A model generated the notes under the pieces. The model ran no database searches. It was not told the origin of the DNA and saw nothing but the letters and a program-made list of their open reading frames with translations. Shown in pieces: positions 49,880 to 54,452 of a DNA stretch of 54,452 nt. Made by a program: the position numbers and the translations under genes. Numbering within the stretch: position 1 is the first letter of the stretch; the number at the start of each line of letters is the position of its first letter. Origin of the DNA: an uncultured Actinomycetes bacterium (GTDB lineage: Bacteria; Actinomycetota; UBA4738; HRBIN12); the NCBI GenBank assembly GCA_964655465.1, contig CAZZND010000001.1, forward strand, positions 1-54,452, read 5' to 3'.

Positions 49880-50997
49880 GCGAGTTATGGCGCTTCGACG
49901 AGCTGCACCCCGACGCCTACCGAACGCTCGTCGAGGGCGTTCCGGCGATCTTGTACATCGACCGGCCGGATGAGGACTCGACCAACCTGTACACCAGCCC
50001 CCAGGTCGAGCAGCTCCTGGGCTACACGGTCCAGGAGTGGACGACCGACCTCGAGCTGTGGCGGGCGTGCCTGCATCCTGACGACGTCGATCCCACGATG
50101 CAGGCCAATCGGATCTCCAACGAGCGCGGCGAACGGTTCCTGCACGAGTACCGACTGCGCGCGAAGGACGGCCGGTGGGTGTGGATCCGCGACGAGGCCA
50201 TCCCCATGACATCCAAGGACGGCACGCTGCTGTACTGGCGCGGGGTGATGCTGGACATCACCGACCGCAAGGAGGCCGAGGAGCGCCTGCGCTGGAGCCT
50301 CGATGTCCTGCGGCAGACGCTGCAGCAGCGACGCGAGCTGGCGGCGCGCGTGCAGCACGCCCAAGAGGCCGAGCGGCGCAAGATCGCGGCAGAGCTGCAC
50401 GACGACCCGATCCAGGTGATGAGCGCCGTGGACATGCGTCTGCAGATGATGGCGGGCTATCCCGACGCCGTGACGAGCGAGGCGCTCGAGGCGCTCGAGG
50501 CGGACGTGCGCGGGGCGATCGAACGGTTGCGCTCGATGCTATTCGAGCTGCGGCCCGTGGCGCTCGATCGTAGCGGGCTCGTCGTAGCGCTCGAGCAGTA
50601 CCTCGAGTACCTGGCCCCCACGGCCGGGTGGCGCTGGGAGATCCACGGCGAGCTCGAGACCCAGCCCGAGCCCGACACCCGGGCGCTGCTCTACCGCATC
50701 GCCCAGGAGGCCATCCAGAACGTCCGCAAGCACGCCGGCGCGACCCGGGTCCGGGTCGACGTCGCGTCGGCGGGGGACGGGGTCACCGTTCGCGTATTCG
50801 ACGACGGTTCGGGCTTCGACCCTGACGTCGCGACCACACCCGAGCCCGGGCACCTCGGCATGTCCGCGATGCTCGAGAGCGCGGAGCTCGCCGGCGGCTG
50901 GGTCCGGATCTCCAGCGCGCAAGGCGAGGGCAGCACGGTGGAGTGCTGGCTGCCCCTCGACGTGAGCGTCGATCCGGGGCTCACGCAGGAGGTCTAG
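49876..50997 (+). CDS. PAS-domain sensor histidine kinase (HisKA_3/NarX-type)
   Basis: ATG at 49876 overlaps the upstream stop (ATGA). It has a PAS block (EWTTDLELWRACLHPDDVD...YRLRAKDGRWVWIRDEA), the H-box ERRKIAAELHDDPIQ, an ATPase N-box AQEAIQNVRKHA, and the G-box DDGSGFD. Confidence 0.85.
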   Translation: MSELWRFDELHPDAYRTLVEGVPAILYIDRPDEDSTNLYTSPQVEQLLGYTVQEWTTDLELWRACLHPDDVDPTMQANRISNERGERFLHEYRLRAKDGRWVWIRDEAIPMTSKDGTLLYWRGVMLDITDRKEAEERLRWSLDVLRQTLQQRRELAARVQHAQEAERRKIAAELHDDPIQVMSAVDMRLQMMAGYPDAVTSEALEALEADVRGAIERLRSMLFELRPVALDRSGLVVALEQYLEYLAPTAGWRWEIHGELETQPEPDTRALLYRIAQEAIQNVRKHAGATRVRVDVASAGDGVTVRVFDDGSGFDPDVATTPEPGHLGMSAMLESAELAGGWVRISSAQGEGSTVECWLPLDVSVDPGLTQEV

Positions 50998-51752
50998 ACC
51001 GGCTCGTCCGCCCGCGCCTTCAAGGCGTCGAACAGCCGGTGGGCCTCGTCGCGCGCCTCGCCGACCGCCCGCACGAGCGGCGTGAGCGCCGCCTTGCGGC
51101 CTTCTCGCCAGCCGGTGGGCCGGCCGACCCGCCGTTCGAACTCGTTGCCCTCGCCGACCTGTGAACGCCAGAACTCGTCCATCTCCTCGAAGACCCGCGC
51201 CGCGTTCTCCGGCGTGTGGTCGAACGGGACGAACGTGGTGCCGAACCGTTCGTTCAGGCGGCGCATGATGGCGCCGAAGTCGGTCGTGACCTCGTCGAAC
51301 GGGGCGACGACGAACCCGTCGGCGACCCGGAGCACGGCGCGGTGGAAGCGCACGTAGGAGTGGAATGCCGCGTGCGGGGTCAGGAACGGCCGGTATTGCA
51401 TGGTGCCCAAGACGGCGGCGTCGGGCTCGCGGATCAGCACCATCGTCGGGACCCCGAGGCGCACGGCCTCGAGCACCTGTGCCGCCGCGTGCGTATGGTG
51501 CGCGATCTGGAGGGGGCGCCCTTGGGGCATCCGGAAGGCAGCGACCGCGAACGAGTTGGCCGAGCGCGCGAACCCCTCGATCACGACGTCGGTGGCGGCG
51601 CCGACGAGCTCGCCGTGACCTCGGATCTTCGCGATGGCCATCCCCGGTCCGCGATAGGAGGCCACCAGCGTCTTGGCCCACCAGGCCGTCCGGCGCGCGG
51701 CGGCTTCGCCGCCGCGCGCCTCCGCCAACGGGTCGAACGAGGCTCCCGCCAT
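50994..51752 (-). CDS. Hypothetical protein (no family recognised)
   Basis: 252-aa ORF with normal composition and codon bias. It lies co-directionally downstream of the Ppx/GppA gene, and its stop overlaps the kinase stop. Confidence 0.6.
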   Translation of the reverse strand: MAGASFDPLAEARGGEAAARRTAWWAKTLVASYRGPGMAIAKIRGHGELVGAATDVVIEGFARSANSFAVAAFRMPQGRPLQIAHHTHAAAQVLEAVRLGVPTMVLIREPDAAVLGTMQYRPFLTPHAAFHSYVRFHRAVLRVADGFVVAPFDEVTTDFGAIMRRLNERFGTTFVPFDHTPENAARVFEEMDEFWRSQVGEGNEFERRVGRPTGWREGRKAALTPLVRAVGEARDEAHRLFDALKARADEPV

Positions 51753-51810
51753 CGTTCGACCCTAACGTGATGGGACGGGGCCGGCTCGCTCGCGTTTCGG
51801 TAAGACGCTC

Positions 51811-53313
51811 TCAGTCGAGTCCGGCCGGGATGATGCGGAGCGGGCGGCCGACCGCCTCGACGAACCGGTCGGCGACCCCACGGGGCCGCCACCCCGCGGG
51901 GACGGGAGCGGTGACCTCGAACCCCTCGCTCGTCCAGGCGCAGCGGATCTCGGCGGCCGAATCCTTCAGGATACGCCGGTGCAGGTCGTCGGCCAGCGCC
52001 AGCGCCGCCGCGGCCCGCTCCACGACCGCACGATCCTGCTCGTCGACGAGACGCCCGGCCGAGACGTCGTCTCCGGCGTCGCGCAGGATGGTCGCGAGCG
52101 CCGCCAGGTCACCGTGCGAGAAGCCTGCGAGGTCCGAGGTGAGGACGATCATCGCCGCGTGCTTGAACCGGTCGTAGTAGTCGATCGCGCGTCCGACGTC
52201 GACGAGGGTCGCGGCATGCCCGAGCATCTCGCGGATCGACGATGGCGACGCCGCGTCGAGCACGTCGAAGATGCGCAGCGCGATCGCCGTGCGTCGGTCG
52301 GCGGTGTTGGCTTCCCACGTGGCGAACCGGCGTGCGAGCGTTGCCACCGAGATCGTTCGAACCCACGATGCCGGCGGCACGTCGCGTCCGAACGAGTCGA
52401 GGGCGAGCCCCTCGCGCAGACCGCGGCTGGAGACCACGATGCGGCGGGCACCGACGTGGTCCATGACACCGGCGGCCACGATCGCGCCCCCGACGATCGT
52501 GTCGGCGCGGTCGGGGTTGAGCCCGGGTACCAGCGCGCGCCGCTTCATGGATCGCTCGGCGAGGTCGTCGAGCATGGCCGCGAGACCTCGGCCGGTCAGC
52601 TCGTAGCCGTGCAGCAGCGGCAGGTCGGGGTCGGTACGCCGCACGTCGATCTTGGCCAGGTTGCGCACGGTCCCTCCGATGCCGACCAGGTCCTCGTGCC
52701 TGCGGAGCTCGGTGAGGCCGGCTTCGTCGAGCGCCTCGGCGAAGGCCTTGCGCAGCCGCGCCATCTCTTCCTCGGCGGGGGGGTCGTGCTCGAGGTAGCG
52801 GTCCGAAGCACGGAGCGAACCGTACGGCAGGGTCCACGACCCCGCGAGCTCGCGGTCCTCGAACCGCGTGAGCTCGACGCTGCCGCCGCCGATGTCCATC
52901 GTGAGCCCGGCGGTGACGGGAAGGTCATAAACCGCCCCGAGGAACCCCAGGCGTGCCTCGAGCTCACCGTCGATCACCCGCAGCGGGATGCCGACCGCCT
53001 CGGCGGCGCCGACGAGATCGGACCCGTTGCGGGCCTCACGGGCCGCCGAGGTCGCGACGGCGATGATCCGGGTCGCGCCCGCGCCGTCGGCGATGGCTTT
53101 GAAATCGTGGAGCGCCTCGACGGCGCGGGCGATCGCGTCCTCGCCGAGGGCGTCGCCGTCGCGGAGCTCGCGTGCGAGGCGCAGCGGCGAGCGCGCGTCC
53201 TCGATGACGTCGAGGTGCCCGTCCTCGCGCAGACGGAAGACGGTCATCCGGCCCGAGTTCGAACCGATGTCGACGACGGCGAACGGGCGGTCGTCGGTCG
53301 TCACATCCGTCAT
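51811..53313 (-). CDS. ppx: Ppx/GppA-family exopolyphosphatase / guanosine pentaphosphate phosphohydrolase
   Basis: In-frame ATG at 53313 (MTDVTTDDRPFAVVDIGSNSGRMTVF) carries the ASKHA phosphate-1 motif DIGSNS. It also has DIGGGSVE and a C-terminal HD-like helical domain. The upstream extension of ORF ..53727 is low-complexity. Confidence 0.85.
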   Translation of the reverse strand: MTDVTTDDRPFAVVDIGSNSGRMTVFRLREDGHLDVIEDARSPLRLARELRDGDALGEDAIARAVEALHDFKAIADGAGATRIIAVATSAAREARNGSDLVGAAEAVGIPLRVIDGELEARLGFLGAVYDLPVTAGLTMDIGGGSVELTRFEDRELAGSWTLPYGSLRASDRYLEHDPPAEEEMARLRKAFAEALDEAGLTELRRHEDLVGIGGTVRNLAKIDVRRTDPDLPLLHGYELTGRGLAAMLDDLAERSMKRRALVPGLNPDRADTIVGGAIVAAGVMDHVGARRIVVSSRGLREGLALDSFGRDVPPASWVRTISVATLARRFATWEANTADRRTAIALRIFDVLDAASPSSIREMLGHAATLVDVGRAIDYYDRFKHAAMIVLTSDLAGFSHGDLAALATILRDAGDDVSAGRLVDEQDRAVVERAAAALALADDLHRRILKDSAAEIRCAWTSEGFEVTAPVPAGWRPRGVADRFVEAVGRPLRIIPAGLD

Positions 53314-53597
53314 GGGCGCATGCTCCCACACGAGCCCGTCGCACCGATGAACGCGACGGGTCGGGGAGGTTTTTTTTTTAAGGCGGGTGCGCGAGCGAGC
53401 CATCATCGCCAGCGAGCTGCCAACAGCCTGAGCGACACCCCCAGCCGGCTTCGGCGAGGGCCTGGGCTTCGCGTCGTCTTGAACACCGCTCAGCCTGTCA
53501 TGTCCGAACGGCCTCTCGGATCCGGGTCGGAAGGCCCGATCGCGCGCGGGGGCCCGGTCGCAGGCTCCGAGGGAGGTGTCGTGGAAGGGAGCACGGG

Positions 53598-54092
53598 ATG
53601 AAGGTGCTGGTGGCGACGGCGAGCAGGCACGGCTCGACCGCCGAGATCGGATCGTGGATCGCGGATGTGCTGACCGAGGCGGGATACGACGTGTCGTGCC
53701 TGGACGTGACGGCCGGCCCGGATCCACGTGACTTCGACGCGGTGGTCCTGGGCAGCGCGGTGTACGCGGGACACTGGACGAAGGAGGCCAAGGCGTTCGT
53801 GGAGGGCGCGGACGGCGGGTTCGCCGGCCGGCCCGTGTGGCTGTTCTCGAGCGGCCCGGTCGGCGATCCGCCGAAGCCCGAGGAAGAGTCCGTGGACGCG
53901 GCGAACGTCATCGCGGCGACCCGGGCCCGCGAGCACCGGGTGTTCGCGGGGCGCATCGTCAAGGCAGACCTTCACTTCGCCGAGCGCGCGATCGTCACCG
54001 CCCTGAAGGTGCCCGAAGGCGATTTCCGCGATCGGGACGAGGTCGAGGCGTGGGCGCGCTCGATCGCCGGCGCGCTGGGCGCCGGCTCGTGA
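53598..54092 (+). CDS. Flavodoxin-domain protein (HemG/flavodoxin_5-like)
   Basis: 164-aa ORF preceded by the RBS GGAAGGGAG. It starts MKVLVATASRHGSTAEIGSWIA, with VVLGSAVYAGHW. Confidence 0.8.
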   Translation: MKVLVATASRHGSTAEIGSWIADVLTEAGYDVSCLDVTAGPDPRDFDAVVLGSAVYAGHWTKEAKAFVEGADGGFAGRPVWLFSSGPVGDPPKPEEESVDAANVIAATRAREHRVFAGRIVKADLHFAERAIVTALKVPEGDFRDRDEVEAWARSIAGALGAGS

Positions 54093-54093
54093 G

Positions 54094-54186
54094 CGGAGGC
54101 GGACGGGAATCGAACCCGCCAGGGGGCTCGTCGCCCCCTCATCGGTTTTGAAGACCGAGGGGCCCACCAGGAACCCGGACGCCTCC
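54094..54186 (-). tRNA. selC: tRNA-Sec (anticodon UCA)
   Basis: The reverse complement reads GGAGGCGT-CC-GGGTTC-CTGGT-GGGCCC-C-TCGGT-CTTCAAA-ACCGA-TG-AGGGGGC-GACGA-GCCCCCT-G-GCGGG-TTCGATT-CCCGT-CCGCCTCC-G. Features are a 7-nt anticodon loop with UCA, a 6-bp D stem, a long variable arm (7-bp stem), a TTCGATT T-loop and discriminator G. It is 93 nt long and no CCA is encoded. A TAGCCT -10-like box (54199-54194) lies 7 nt upstream of the 5' end. Confidence 0.93.
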
Positions 54187-54316
54187 GACGCTCAGGCTAC
54201 CGTCGAACCGGCGCCGAGGACCGAGATCCTTAGTGAGTCCTTGGCTCGGCGTTGCCCGGTCCCTTGCGCGCGGCTCGCGAGCATGGGAGATGTCCGAGAC
54301 CCACAGGAGGGTTCGA

Positions 54317-54452
54317 ATGAACGGGAAGCGGTACCTGATGGCCGTCGCGATCGCCGGCACGATGCTCGCCGGCCTGATCCCCGCGGCGCACGCGAACGAT
54401 GCCGACGTCATCCGTCGCGGATCGTGCAGCGGCGCGAGCGACTGGAAGCTCA
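54317..54452 (+). CDS. Secreted protein, 5' partial (runs off the window)
   Basis: ATG at 54317 follows the RBS AGGAGGG. The signal peptide is MNGKRYLMAVAIAGTMLAGLIPAAHA. Confidence 0.55.
   Translation, partial: MNGKRYLMAVAIAGTMLAGLIPAAHANDADVIRRGSCSGASDWKL

Noticed and set aside
53314-53597. Possible SRP (4.5S) RNA or other known ncRNA in the ppx-flavodoxin spacer
   Set aside because: There is a superficial GTCCGAACGG / GGTCGGAAGGCCC resemblance to the SRP domain-IV motif. The conserved GGAAG..AGCAGC helix-8 pattern and the flanking pairing are not present. I kept it only as an unexplained structured spacer.
54139-54411. 90-aa minus-strand ORF
   Set aside because: It overlaps the tRNA-Sec gene and the promoter region of the downstream secreted-protein gene. 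It has no RBS or motifs.
1-54452. Mobile element, prophage, CRISPR array or integron features that would mark the catabolic island as horizontally acquired
   Set aside because: No transposase-, integrase- or recombinase-like translations, no long terminal inverted or direct repeats, and no repeat-spacer arrays were seen. Codon style looks uniform by eye. The only decay signal is the hydrolase remnant at 5555-5910.

Overview
This is a very GC-rich, gene-dense chromosomal window. The codon bias, TANNNT-type -10 boxes, apparently leaderless genes, Tat and lipoprotein signals and an HrdB/SigB-like sigma factor suggest Actinomycetota, but that is only an inference. I saw no rRNA, CRISPR array, transposase or integrase.

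Positions ~5.95-39.05 kb form a paralog-rich amine/amino-acid catabolic island. It contains two complete PotABCD-type ABC importers and two extra orphan binding proteins (four in total). It also has three class-III aminotransferases, two M20 amidohydrolases, two CrtI/PYROXD2-like FAD oxidoreductases, SMP-30, SDR and HIBADH-type enzymes, PhoX- and PhoA-type phosphatases, Kbl, and Lrp and GntR regulators.

Inside the island is a five-gene selenoprotein reductase operon of the glycine/sarcosine/betaine (Grd) type, at 24555-29232. The order is a GrdE/G/I-like subunit, a GrdB-family selenoprotein B, GrdC, a thioredoxin, and GrdA. Two of these genes contain in-frame TGA codons (26825-26827 and 28900-28902). 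The ORF track reads them as stops and splits each gene in two, but the flanking motifs (ILTGT-U-GTGTRCGA and ECFV-U-TASGAMD) are the classical Sec sites. A tRNA-Sec gene (selC, anticodon UCA) lies at 54094-54186.

The island promoters share a previously unannotated operator-like element: 2-4 phased GTNNAC hexamers with 7-bp periodicity that overlap -10 boxes. This suggests one regulon, probably under the island GntR/FadR-type regulator.

Other notable points:
- an in-frame 27-nt deletion removes the Walker-B strand of one PotA-like ATPase
- the GrdE-like subunit has no mid-protein cysteine, so it is probably non-pyruvoyl, like GrdI
- grdD and trxB are absent from the window
- a 1227-aa polytopic-membrane/MFS fusion is translationally coupled to an AlkP-family lipoprotein
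- there is an alpha/beta-hydrolase remnant
- there is a cupredoxin / beta-helix / PLDc_N membrane protein

The flanks carry housekeeping-type genes: AlaX, agmatine deiminase, a sigma factor, PlsC, an ADH, an M20 peptidase, a PAS histidine kinase, Ppx/GppA and a flavodoxin.
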